From positions 256,001 to 320,000 of the forward strand of contig CBFGKH010000001.1 in the NCBI GenBank assembly GCA_965649295.1: 64,000 bases of DNA. The letters are read 5' to 3'. The notes beneath the pieces were generated by a model. It did no database searches. It saw only the letters and a list, made by a program, of their open reading frames with translations, and had not been told where the DNA came from. Shown piece after piece: positions 46,951-56,649 of the stretch (its first letter is position 1; each line of letters opens with the position of its first letter). Origin of the DNA: a candidate division WOR-3 bacterium (lineage in GTDB: Bacteria; Hydrothermota; Tepidihabitantia; Tepidihabitantales; Tepidihabitantaceae). The position numbers and the translations under genes are program-made.

Positions 46951-48111
46951 CTAGCGATTGGCCAACAGCCGGCCAATCTTCTCCAGGGCGCGGCCGATGT
47001 TCGCAACTGAATTGGCGTAGCTGAAACGCAGAAACCCGTCGCCATACTTGCCGAAGCAGGTACCAGCGAGACAGGCCACGCCCTGCTCCTCGAGGAGTCG
47101 GTTGGCGAGCACCTGACAGTCAATCCCTGTGCCCTCGACATTGGGGAAAACATAGAAGGCACCCTGCGGAGTGGCACAACGGAATCCCCGCAACTGATTC
47201 AACCCCGCAACGATGAAATCCCGCCGTCGCCGAAACTCCGCAATCATCGCCTCGACCTCATCGCGCGGCCCAGTCAAGGCGCCGAGACAGGCTCGCTGGC
47301 TGAACGTCGCCGTGCAGGAGTTGAGATTGGTCTGAATCCTGGCCAGTTGCTCAGCCATCAGAGTGGGCATTATTCCGTATCCGACCCGCCAGCCAGTCAT
47401 CGCGTAGGTCTTGGAGAAACCGTCGACCACTATCAGCCGATTCTCCAACTCTGGAAACTGGCTAATACTCACAAACCTGCCGTCGTAGATAATCTCGCTA
47501 TACACCTCATCCGCCAGCACCCAGACATCATGTTCGACCGCGGTTCTGGCAATGAGCGCTAGGTCCTCGCGCGTCAGCATCCCGCCGGTCGGATTGTGAG
47601 GTGAGTTGATGACAATCAACTTGGTACGAGGATTGACCAGGCTAGCAAGCTCCTCGGCGTCGAGCCGAAACTGCCGCTCCTCACGCAGTCGGATGGGAAC
47701 CGCATGTCCCCCGAGGAAGTTGATCATTGACTCGTAAATCGGGTACCCCGGATTAGGATAGATTACCTCATCGCCGGGCTCGACCAGCGCCAGCATCGCA
47801 AACGACATTATCGGCTTGGCACCAGGTGCAACTACTACCTGGTCAGGCGTGAACTTGACCCCCCGAAACCGGCCCGCATATTCGGCAATCGCCTCCCGCA
47901 GCTCCGGCAGCCCGGCGGCCGGGCCATAGTGAGTGTAACCCTGGTCCAGTGCCTGCTTGGCTGCTTCCCGAATGTGTGCGGGCGTCGTGAAATCCGGTTC
48001 GCCAATTTCGAGATGGATGACCTCCATCTTGCACTCAAGGGCCCGCGCTCGGCAGAGACAGTCAAACGCAGTCTCGGTTCCCAACTGATTCATCCGACTG
48101 GCAAGTCGCAT
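46951..48111 (-). CDS. class I/II PLP-dependent aminotransferase (AspC-like)
   Basis: IGEPDF, GLPELR, NSPHNPTG, DEVY, GFSKTYAMTGWRVG, GAFY. Confidence 0.93.
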   Translation of the reverse strand: MRLASRMNQLGTETAFDCLCRARALECKMEVIHLEIGEPDFTTPAHIREAAKQALDQGYTHYGPAAGLPELREAIAEYAGRFRGVKFTPDQVVVAPGAKPIMSFAMLALVEPGDEVIYPNPGYPIYESMINFLGGHAVPIRLREERQFRLDAEELASLVNPRTKLIVINSPHNPTGGMLTREDLALIARTAVEHDVWVLADEVYSEIIYDGRFVSISQFPELENRLIVVDGFSKTYAMTGWRVGYGIMPTLMAEQLARIQTNLNSCTATFSQRACLGALTGPRDEVEAMIAEFRRRRDFIVAGLNQLRGFRCATPQGAFYVFPNVEGTGIDCQVLANRLLEEQGVACLAGTCFGKYGDGFLRFSYANSVANIGRALEKIGRLLANR

Positions 48112-50259
48112 CTACTTGGCCTCACTCTTCGGCTTGCGGCCAGGACGACGGCCGGGCTTCTTGACCGGCTCCTCGCCGCTGGCCGCGGTCTCCTTGACCG
48201 GCTCGGTCTTGACCGCCTTCGGCTTCCTGCCCTTGACTACCTTCTGCTCCCGCGTCATATCGTAGAGTGCCTTGGCCCTGGCCGCGATGTGCTCGGCCGA
48301 TACCTCGAACTCCCACATCAGTTCCCAAGGCTGGCCCGACTCGCCGAACCGATCCTTCACCCCAATCGCGTCAAACGCCACCGGTACGCCATAAAGCTCC
48401 GGTGCCCGGTGCAGTGCCAGCGAGACCCAGTTGGCCAAACCACCAATCTGATGCTCCTCAGCCGTCAGAATGATGCCCGTATCAAGTGCCGCCGCAATAA
48501 TCGCCTGCGGGTTGAAGGGCTTCAATGTATGCTGATTGATGACGCGCGTCTGTAGCCCATATTCGGCCCGCAGAATCCAGGCGGCCCGCAGTGCCTCGGG
48601 TACCATCGGCCCGCAGGCAACGATTGCCAGGTCTTCCTTTTCGTTCTTGTACTCCGTCGCCAGTACGCAGTCGAAGGCGTCAAGCAGATACTCCTTCTCC
48701 TCACGCAAGCGGTAGACGTTCGCAATCCCCCACTCATACGGTGAGGTGGGCCGCGTAACAACCGGTGTCGCCTCGCGGGCGAAGCGGATGTACTTAGGCC
48801 CCTTGACCTGAAACAGCATGTATTCGGTCGCCCGCTCGGTCTCCAGCGCATCGCAGGGCACGGCTACACTCATGTTGGGCAAGCCGCAAATCTGGAACAG
48901 GTCCTCCAGTGCCTGATGGGTCGCACCATCTGGCCCAACCGAGACACCGCCGTGAGCACCGGCAATCAGCACGTCGAAGTTACCGTAGCAGACAGTTGTG
49001 CGGAGCTGGTCGAGGTTCCGACCAGCCGCAAAAACGCCATAGGTGCCGAATATCGGCAGCTTGCCTTCCTTGGCCAGACCGGCCGCCACACAGGTACCGG
49101 ACTGCTCAGCAATGCCCACCGAAATCCACCGCTCGCAGCGGTCAGCGTCACACTCGTAGAACTTGGCGATGGCAATTGACCCCGAGATATCCGCGCCAAT
49201 CGCAACTGTCCGCCGATCAGCCCCGGCCCGGGCTAGAGCCTCGCCGAATCCGAAACGGGTCGGCTTCATCTCCACCTTCATCACCGGCTGCCGGTTCCAG
49301 AAGTAGTCCCGACTGAACTTCGGCACCTTGGCCAAAAGCTTCTCGGTCACCGCTGCCTGATAATCCTCAGCCTTCTTGAGAAGTTTCTTATAGTCAAGCC
49401 GGAAGTCGAGGCCAAGCTGCTTCAGCCCTTGCACCATCTGCTCATGATCCGGCGCCTTGCCGTGCCAGCCCGCCACGTTCTCCATGAAGTCAACGCCCTT
49501 GCCTTTGGTAGTGTTGGCGACAATCAAGGTGGGCTGGCCCTTGTGCTGGGCCGCTTTCTCAAAAGCCTTGACAATCTGCTGCATGTTGTGGCCATCAATC
49601 TCGGTCACGTTCCAGCCAAACGCCCGATACTTGTCAGCAATTGGATCAATCGGCATCACGTCCTTTACCCAGCCGTCAATCTGCAACCGGTTCTTGTCGA
49701 GAATGCAGCAGAGATTGTCCAGCCCCCAAGCTCCGGCCTCCATCACCGCCTCCCAAATCTGACCTTCCTGGTGCTCGCCGTCACCAGTGATGCAGTAGAT
49801 GCGATGGGTCTTGCGGTCCATCTTCGCTGCCTTTGCCATCCCCACTGCCACCGACAGACCCTGGCCGAGCGAACCGGAGGATATCTCCACTCCCGGCAGC
49901 TTGAGCCAGTGAGGATGACCCTGAAACGGCGAATAGAGTTTACGCAGCAATACCACGTCTTCGATCGGGAAGTAACCAGCCATCCCCAGCCCCAGATAGA
50001 GAGCCGGCGCCTTGTGGCCGCACGACCAGATGATGCGGTCGCGGTCTGGCCAGTTCGGGTTCTGCGGGTCGTGACGAGCAACCTGCAAATAGAGCGCGGC
50101 AGTGATGTCCATGATCGACATCGTTCCGCCAGCATGACCAGACCCAGCCGCACAGAGCGCAATCAGATTGTAGCCGCGCATCAGATTGGCGGCCTGGGTC
50201 AGCTCCGCCAAACCGTGGCTCTTTCTCACCTGCCCGGTTGCAGAATCAACAAGCGGCAT
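48112..50259 (-). CDS. tkt: transketolase (single-chain)
   Basis: SGHAGG, QGHP, GSLGQG, GDGE...EA, WHGK, GIAEQ, GPDGATHQ, EEH. Confidence 0.92.
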   Translation of the reverse strand: MPLVDSATGQVRKSHGLAELTQAANLMRGYNLIALCAAGSGHAGGTMSIMDITAALYLQVARHDPQNPNWPDRDRIIWSCGHKAPALYLGLGMAGYFPIEDVVLLRKLYSPFQGHPHWLKLPGVEISSGSLGQGLSVAVGMAKAAKMDRKTHRIYCITGDGEHQEGQIWEAVMEAGAWGLDNLCCILDKNRLQIDGWVKDVMPIDPIADKYRAFGWNVTEIDGHNMQQIVKAFEKAAQHKGQPTLIVANTTKGKGVDFMENVAGWHGKAPDHEQMVQGLKQLGLDFRLDYKKLLKKAEDYQAAVTEKLLAKVPKFSRDYFWNRQPVMKVEMKPTRFGFGEALARAGADRRTVAIGADISGSIAIAKFYECDADRCERWISVGIAEQSGTCVAAGLAKEGKLPIFGTYGVFAAGRNLDQLRTTVCYGNFDVLIAGAHGGVSVGPDGATHQALEDLFQICGLPNMSVAVPCDALETERATEYMLFQVKGPKYIRFAREATPVVTRPTSPYEWGIANVYRLREEKEYLLDAFDCVLATEYKNEKEDLAIVACGPMVPEALRAAWILRAEYGLQTRVINQHTLKPFNPQAIIAAALDTGIILTAEEHQIGGLANWVSLALHRAPELYGVPVAFDAIGVKDRFGESGQPWELMWEFEVSAEHIAARAKALYDMTREQKVVKGRKPKAVKTEPVKETAASGEEPVKKPGRRPGRKPKSEAK

Positions 50260-50271
50260 CTTACCTCCCTG

Positions 50272-50922
50272 CTAGCTCCGCGGAATCTTCTGGTAGTCCT
50301 CGAAGAACTTCTTGATGCCCGCGTCGGTCAACGGATGCTGAACCATCTTCTTTAGAACATCAAAAGGAACGGTGGCGATGTGGGCGCGCGCCCGCAGTGA
50401 CTCAACGACGTGCAGCGGATGCCGAACACTGGCAGCAATAACCTCTGTCTCAAACCCATAAGCATCAACCATTTCAACAATATCCGCCACCAACGCCATT
50501 CCGTCATGCGCGATATCATCGAGCCGTCCAACAAACGGCGAGACGAACGTCGCGCCGGCCCGACAGGCAAGTAGCGCCTGGGTCACCGAGAAAACCAGGG
50601 TCACGTTTGTCTTAATCTCGCGCTCCGCCAGCCCGCGCACCGCCTTCAGCCCCTCAACCGTCAACGGAATCTTGATCGTTATCTTCTCGGCGTTGAGCCG
50701 AGCCCATTCTTCACCCTCGCGAATCATGCCGGTTGCATCACTCGCAATCGCTTCTACCGACACCGGGCCATTGACCACCCCGAGAATCTCCTGAACGCAT
50801 TCCTTCAAAGGCCGATTCGTCTTTGCCACCAGTGACGGATTGGTCGTAACTCCATCCAAAATGCCCCAGCTGGCAACTTCCCTAATCTCAACGATATCGG
50901 CAGAATCAAGAAATAGCTTCAC
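50272..50922 (-). CDS. fsa: transaldolase / fructose-6-phosphate aldolase (FSA/TalC type)
   Basis: [40 protein letters not shown]. Confidence 0.93.
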   Translation of the reverse strand: MKLFLDSADIVEIREVASWGILDGVTTNPSLVAKTNRPLKECVQEILGVVNGPVSVEAIASDATGMIREGEEWARLNAEKITIKIPLTVEGLKAVRGLAEREIKTNVTLVFSVTQALLACRAGATFVSPFVGRLDDIAHDGMALVADIVEMVDAYGFETEVIAASVRHPLHVVESLRARAHIATVPFDVLKKMVQHPLTDAGIKKFFEDYQKIPRS

Positions 50923-51073
50923 CTAAGCCTCCTGTGGGTTGGATTGATTGCGGTTCGTCGCCGCGCCGCGGCTGATTATTGATTATGTGCAAGGGCCGTA
51001 GTATAGCATTACTATTGCCAAGGGCAAGACCGGGCTGCTTGACTTTGGTCAGGCCCAGAGAAGAATATTGCCG

Positions 51074-52336
51074 ATGGACAAACTCCTCATTCACGGCGGT
51101 CGCCGACTGACTGGCCGGGTTACTACCGCCAGCGCCAAGAACGCCACCTTGCCCCTACTCGCAGCCTGCCTCCTCACTGACGAGCCCTGTACTATCCGCC
51201 ATATCCCGCTGCTCGAAGACGTGAGCACGATGATCCGGCTGCTCCGTTCGATGGGCGTGACAATCCAACAGCGCGGCCGCTCCCTGACGATTACTGCCAG
51301 CAGCCGCATCGACCGCACCGCACCCTACGACATCGTCCGGAAGATGCGTGCCAGTTACTACGTTCTCGGCCCACTGCTTGCCCGCTTTGGTGACGCCCGC
51401 GTATCTCTGCCTGGCGGCTGCGCTATTGGCCCACGACCGGTTGATCTCCACCTCAAAGGAATCACCGCCCTCGGTGCCAATGTCGGCATCGAGCACGGCT
51501 ACATCCATGCCAAAGCCAGGCCGCTGCGTGGCAGCACCGTCCTGCTCGAGGGGCCGGCCGGGCCATCAGTCGGTGCCACTGCCAACACCATGATGGCTGC
51601 CACGCTTGCCCGCGGCGAGACGGTCATCGAGGGCGCAGCCTGCGAACCCGAAATTGTTGACCTTGCTAACATGCTCAACTCGATGGGTGCAAAGATTACT
51701 GGCCACGGCACACCCCTCATCCGCATCCGTGGAGTAAGAAGCCTTCACGCTGTCGAGTACCGCCCGATACCCGACCGGATCGAGGCTGGTACTCTGGCAG
51801 TTGCCGCTGCCATAACCCGTGGCCGAGTTGAGGTCACTGGCTGCGAACCCGACCACCTCACCGCGGTCATCACCAAGCTCCGCCAGGCTGGCATCACTGT
51901 CGAACCCGGCCGCCGCACCATCGTCGTTGCTGCCGACACCCGACCTGCGCCAATTACAATCTCCACTGCCCCCCATCCTGGTTTCCCTACTGACCTTCAG
52001 GCCCAGTTCACCGCCCTGCTCACCATCGGTCGCGGCACTAGCGTCGTAACCGAGAACATCTTCGAATCCCGCTTCCTTCACGCCCTCGAACTGAACCGGA
52101 TGGGAGCCCGTATCGACATCAACGGCAACATGGCCATAATCCAGGGCGTTGACCACCTGACTTCAGCCCAGGTAATGGCATCTGACCTGCGCGCCTCAGC
52201 TGCCTTGGTCCTGGCCGGGCTAGTAGCAAAGGGTACTACCGAGCTACTACGCATCTACCACCTCGACCGCGGCTACGAAAGACTCGAAAAGAAACTAGGC
52301 GCCCTCGGCGCTCGCATCGAGCGCCAGACCTACTAG
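51074..52336 (+). CDS. murA: UDP-N-acetylglucosamine 1-carboxyvinyltransferase
   Basis: AKNA, MRAS, LPGGCAIGPRP, SVGAT, PDRIEAGT, PGFPTDLQAQ, DLRASA, LDRGY. Confidence 0.97.
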   Translation: MDKLLIHGGRRLTGRVTTASAKNATLPLLAACLLTDEPCTIRHIPLLEDVSTMIRLLRSMGVTIQQRGRSLTITASSRIDRTAPYDIVRKMRASYYVLGPLLARFGDARVSLPGGCAIGPRPVDLHLKGITALGANVGIEHGYIHAKARPLRGSTVLLEGPAGPSVGATANTMMAATLARGETVIEGAACEPEIVDLANMLNSMGAKITGHGTPLIRIRGVRSLHAVEYRPIPDRIEAGTLAVAAAITRGRVEVTGCEPDHLTAVITKLRQAGITVEPGRRTIVVAADTRPAPITISTAPHPGFPTDLQAQFTALLTIGRGTSVVTENIFESRFLHALELNRMGARIDINGNMAIIQGVDHLTSAQVMASDLRASAALVLAGLVAKGTTELLRIYHLDRGYERLEKKLGALGARIERQTY

Positions 52337-53395
52337 ATGAAGTCCGGCTCCAGCAAGCTCGCCGTTCGTATCGGTTCGCTCACAGTCGGCGGCGGCGCTC
52401 CTGTAGCAGTCCAGTCAATGACCAATACCCGCACCGACGATGTCGCGGCCACCGTACGGCAAGTGCGCCGACTAGTCCGTGCTGGCTGTGAGCTCGTCCG
52501 CATCGCTGTTCCCAATGAGACTGCAGCCCACGCCCTGCCTGAAATCCGCCGTCGCGTTGGGGTTGGGACACCCCTTTGCGCCGATATCCACTTCGACCAC
52601 CGCCTAGCCTTGGCCGCTTTGCGAGCCGGATTCGACAAAGTACGCATCAATCCTGGCAACATTGGCACAAAGGCCAAGGTGAAAGAAATAATCCGACTGG
52701 CAGCCGATTGTGGCGCAGCAATCCGCATCGGCGTCAACTCCGGTTCGATTCACCGCTCAATCCTTAGCCGCCACCATCACCCAACGCCAGCAGCGATGGC
52801 CGAAAGCATGGCCCGCTGTCTCGAACCTTTTGAGGAACTCGATTTCCGCAACATCGTCCTTTCGGCCAAAGGTACCGACGTACTCCAGACGATTGAGGTC
52901 AATCGCGAACTGGCCCGGCGCTGGCCTTATCCCCTTCACCTCGGCCTCACCGAGGCCGGCTTGCTCATCCCCGGTGTCATCCGTTCAGCCGCCGCCCTCA
53001 GTGTACTGCTCCTGGAGGGTATCGGCGATACCATTCGGTTCTCACTTACTGCCGATCCAGTCCTGGAGGTTCGGGCCGCCTGGCACCTGTTGACTGCCCT
53101 CGGTCTGCGTCGGCGCGGACCGCAAATCTACTCCTGCCCCACTTGTGGTCGCACGCAGATTGACGTTGCCCGACTAGCCCGGCAGGTCGAGCAAGCACTT
53201 GCCGACACCCAAGCTCCGGTCAAGATTGCGGTTATGGGCTGTGTAGTCAACGGACCGGGTGAGGCACGGGAGGCCGATTTCGGTATCGCCGGTGGTCGCG
53301 GCCGGGGCGTACTCTTTGCTCGTGGCAGGCCCATCAAGACCTGCCCGGAGTCACAACTCGTCCAGGAACTAGTAGCGCTCGTCAGCTGCGATTGA
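52337..53395 (+). CDS. ispG: (E)-4-hydroxy-3-methylbut-2-enyl-diphosphate synthase
   Basis: VQSMT, ADIHF, RINPGNI, RIGVNSGS, HLGLTEAG, CPTCGR, MGCVVNGPGE. Confidence 0.97.
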   Translation: MKSGSSKLAVRIGSLTVGGGAPVAVQSMTNTRTDDVAATVRQVRRLVRAGCELVRIAVPNETAAHALPEIRRRVGVGTPLCADIHFDHRLALAALRAGFDKVRINPGNIGTKAKVKEIIRLAADCGAAIRIGVNSGSIHRSILSRHHHPTPAAMAESMARCLEPFEELDFRNIVLSAKGTDVLQTIEVNRELARRWPYPLHLGLTEAGLLIPGVIRSAAALSVLLLEGIGDTIRFSLTADPVLEVRAAWHLLTALGLRRRGPQIYSCPTCGRTQIDVARLARQVEQALADTQAPVKIAVMGCVVNGPGEAREADFGIAGGRGRGVLFARGRPIKTCPESQLVQELVALVSCD

Positions 53396-54828
53396 TGCGA
53401 CCGTTGCTCTTCTCGCTAGCACTGACCGGTCTGGCAGCAGCCTGCACTGTCGGTGTCTTCGCTCCCAGCGCCACAGTTTGCGGTCGCCCACTCCTCTGGA
53501 AAAACCGGGACGTGGATAACGACAATCAGGAAGCTGCCTGGCGTCGTGGTTCACGATATGCCTATGTGACCAACGTCTATGGTTCTGGCGATACGCTTGG
53601 GGCCTGGGGTGGCATCAATGAAGTCGGCTTTGCAATCATGAACTCGAACTCCTACAACCTTTCCGGACTTCGTGACGCCGACGACGGCGCCATAATGGCC
53701 GAGGCGCTTGGGTCATGTGCCACGATTGAAGACTTTGCACGGATTCTCGACTCGACCGGCATCATTGGCCGCACCCAGCCAGCAAACTTTGGTGTCTTTG
53801 ACGCCACTGGTCGCGCGGTCTTCTTCGAAGCAGCGAACACGTTCGACACCATGTTCGAAGCCAACACCGACTCACTGGGATTCCTCCTGCGTGCCAACTA
53901 TTCGATGTCAGGTGACACCATCCGCCTACGGGGCAAAAACCGCTATGAACGAGCAATGCAACTAGTACTGCCAGCCCGGCAGGCCAATCGGATTGACGTA
54001 CCATTCCTTGTTCAGACTCTCTCCCGCGACATGGGACAGACAGACTTTGACCCCTATCCGCTTCCCTTCCGTGACTCGCTCCCTAGCTACCGGTTCGGCT
54101 ATATCCCGGCTGATTCAACCATCTGCCGTCGAACCACACGGTCGGTCGAGATAATGGTCGGGCCAGAGCCAGGCGGACCGGCCAGCCGCGGCATGATGTG
54201 GATTCTGCTCGGCGCGCCCGAAGCAGCCTTACCCATTCCACTATGGGTTCAGGGTGGCCCGGTTCCTGAGGCAATGAATGGCCAGTTGCGCTCGCAGATT
54301 TGCGACGCGGCAATACGCGTCCGCGACTTCATTCGCTCTGACCCGCAGCGGCCGACTGCTGTAAACACATTTCGTCTCCATCTTATCCGTTCCAAGCTGG
54401 CGCCGGTGGAGTCAACGCTATTGAGAATGGTCGCCGATTCTGAAGCAGTCTGGCCTTACGGTCCCAGCGCTGACCAAGCCCGGCGTCTCACCGCCACTGC
54501 CTGTGAGCTAGTACTTCAGGCCTATATTGACCTCTGGGATACCCTCAGCCGCTACGAATGGGGTGACAGCTCGTTCCGAGCTGCTCGGCAGACGCCACCA
54601 CCACCGGTCATCGTCCGTAACCTAGTTCAACTGACTTTGCCCGGAGCTGATTGGCAAGGCTCGGTTCGAGTTGCCGATGCGTTCGGTCGTACAGTTGCCG
54701 TTTTCCCAGACTGTCAGGCAGGCTCGACAATCAACTGGGAAACAGCAAGCATCAGCACCGGTAACTACTTCTTCATCTTTCCTACCAAGGCCCGAGTTCC
54801 GACCCACCGCATAACTATAGTTCGCTGA
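53395..54828 (+). CDS. secreted Ntn-hydrolase (peptidase C45-like) with degenerate T9SS-like C-terminal domain
   Basis: Signal peptide then CT (N-terminal nucleophile), GRPLLWKNRD, GINEVGFAIMN, NFGVFDA; tail DAFGR...GNYFF...RITIVR. Confidence 0.75.
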   Translation: MRPLLFSLALTGLAAACTVGVFAPSATVCGRPLLWKNRDVDNDNQEAAWRRGSRYAYVTNVYGSGDTLGAWGGINEVGFAIMNSNSYNLSGLRDADDGAIMAEALGSCATIEDFARILDSTGIIGRTQPANFGVFDATGRAVFFEAANTFDTMFEANTDSLGFLLRANYSMSGDTIRLRGKNRYERAMQLVLPARQANRIDVPFLVQTLSRDMGQTDFDPYPLPFRDSLPSYRFGYIPADSTICRRTTRSVEIMVGPEPGGPASRGMMWILLGAPEAALPIPLWVQGGPVPEAMNGQLRSQICDAAIRVRDFIRSDPQRPTAVNTFRLHLIRSKLAPVESTLLRMVADSEAVWPYGPSADQARRLTATACELVLQAYIDLWDTLSRYEWGDSSFRAARQTPPPPVIVRNLVQLTLPGADWQGSVRVADAFGRTVAVFPDCQAGSTINWETASISTGNYFFIFPTKARVPTHRITIVR

Positions 54829-55585
54829 ACAAGGCCGCGCCCAGCGCTGCCGACAGCAGTGGCTGCTCCGCCGCAGTCACGGGCAGACCGAACGCTGACT
54901 CCAGCTCGGCGCGCATTGCCGGATTCTGCGCCACCCCGCCGGTGAAGACCACCGGCGGCTCGACATGCAACCGAGCTGCCATGTTGGCTATGCGCCGGGC
55001 CAGGGCTGCGTGCAGACCCGCAATGATATCGCCAACCGGCGTATCCGCGGCCAGCAGCGAGAGTATCTCCGACTCGGCCATCACGACACAAAGGCTCGAT
55101 ATCGGCACTGGCCGTTGCGAATCAAGCGCCAACCGACCGAAATCGGCAAGCGGCACCGCCAAGGTCCTCGCCATGACTGACAGGAACTGTCCGGTACCGG
55201 CTGCGCAGCGGTCATTCATTACAAAGTCGCGCACCCGACCATTTTCATCCAGCACCAACACCTTTGAGTCCTGACCGCCAATGTCAACTATTGTCCGACA
55301 CTCCGGATACAGAAACCTGATACCCAGTGCTGCGGCCTTGATCTCGGTTATCGTTCTAGTGGCAGCATAAACAGTATTCCGGGCGTAGCCGGTGGCAACA
55401 ACCATCCCAATCCTGTCGGCCAGTTCGGGATGCTCGACCCGACACCGCTCTTGCAACCGGGCAGCGGTCTCACGCGGTCGTGGTCCGGTTGGCTCTACCA
55501 GCGTACAGATGGTTTGACCGGTCTGGCGGTCAAGGACGACAAGCTTGGTGTTTACCGAACCAACATCAATTCCGGCAACTATCAT
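54815..55585 (-). CDS. acyl-CoA dehydratase activase (HgdC/BadF-like ASKHA ATPase with [4Fe-4S])
   Basis: GIDVGS, ATGYAR, DIGGQDSK, MNDRCAAGTG, SSLCVVMAESE, TGGVA; ATGA-coupled start at 55585. Confidence 0.92.
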   Translation of the reverse strand: MIVAGIDVGSVNTKLVVLDRQTGQTICTLVEPTGPRPRETAARLQERCRVEHPELADRIGMVVATGYARNTVYAATRTITEIKAAALGIRFLYPECRTIVDIGGQDSKVLVLDENGRVRDFVMNDRCAAGTGQFLSVMARTLAVPLADFGRLALDSQRPVPISSLCVVMAESEILSLLAADTPVGDIIAGLHAALARRIANMAARLHVEPPVVFTGGVAQNPAMRAELESAFGLPVTAAEQPLLSAALGAALFSEL

Positions 55586-56646
55586 CGTTGACCTCCGACC
55601 TTCCTCCAACCCGGCCAAGCATCGTTCCGACCGACCTCTTTCGCGACGGCAACAAATGCCTGAACGTTCTCGAACGGAGTGTCAATCGGCACTTCGCAGC
55701 CAGTCGCAGCCACGAACCCTTTCGGACACCTTTGTCCCTGCTCAACCATCTCCGCAACCGCAGTTCCTATCTCCTGCTCTGTCCCCAGCAGGATGTCGCT
55801 CGTGCTCAGATTGCCGACAATCCGCACCCGTTCGCCAACGAGGGCAACTGCTTCCGAGATTTGGAGCCGGTCAATACTCACTAGGTCAGCCCCGGTATCA
55901 GGCATCAGCGCGACTATCGAGCCGGTATCACCGCAGATATGAAGCACGATGTCAAGGTCGTAACGGTGAAGATAGTTGATAACTTGCTTCTCCCAGGGCA
56001 GAGCAAACTCCCGATACTGCTCAGCCGAGATGACGCTACCAGAGGCCAGCGGGTCAACCAGCACCGGCAATCCTCCCGCGCCGATTATCGCCCGACAGAG
56101 ACTGATGCATGACTTGCTCGCGTAGGCAAGTAGCTCGTGCACCTGTTCGGGCATGGTCAGCAAGCCGGTAAGAAACGCCTCTTGGTCCACCAACTGCTGG
56201 GCGGTGGTGAATGGTGCCGGCACGTAGGCGACGATCGGTACCGTATCGCCACGAGCCTCATAGGCATAGCTGATGGCATCGAGATAGACACGCAGGCGGC
56301 CATCGTGCCATGGATCAACTACCGCGTCATCAGCATTTCCGAGATCGTTCCACTTCGGCCGGTCGAGTAGCGGCAGGTCGTCATCAGGATAGTAGTATCT
56401 AGAACCCAATGCTTCAGCGACAAGTCCGACCTCGGAAAAGAACGTAATGAAGTCAATGCCGTATCGCTCTTGGGCCAAAAGCTGACAACGTGCCATCACA
56501 TCGCCCTGGGTATAGTAGTCGCGGATGGGCGTACCGGCAACGCGGGCGGCGTGAGCGGTGACCAGCGGATAGACCGGCACCCGGTCCTGCGGCTCGTCAA
56601 TTACCAGCAGGCCGAAGCGCTCGCGGGGAGTCAATGGCTCACGCAT
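55582..56646 (-). CDS. UroD-fold methylcobamide-dependent methyltransferase (MtaA/CmuA-like)
   Basis: DRVPVYP, AEALG, PFTTA, Zn motif LHICG...GCEVP..TP.EN. Confidence 0.85.
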   Translation of the reverse strand: MREPLTPRERFGLLVIDEPQDRVPVYPLVTAHAARVAGTPIRDYYTQGDVMARCQLLAQERYGIDFITFFSEVGLVAEALGSRYYYPDDDLPLLDRPKWNDLGNADDAVVDPWHDGRLRVYLDAISYAYEARGDTVPIVAYVPAPFTTAQQLVDQEAFLTGLLTMPEQVHELLAYASKSCISLCRAIIGAGGLPVLVDPLASGSVISAEQYREFALPWEKQVINYLHRYDLDIVLHICGDTGSIVALMPDTGADLVSIDRLQISEAVALVGERVRIVGNLSTSDILLGTEQEIGTAVAEMVEQGQRCPKGFVAATGCEVPIDTPFENVQAFVAVAKEVGRNDAWPGWRKVGGQR

Positions 56647-56649
56647 CTC

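Noticed and set aside
53395..53450. Lipoprotein call from LAAAC
   Set aside because: CT followed by GRPLLWKNRD fits the Ntn-hydrolase catalytic Cys better, though lipidation cannot be excluded.
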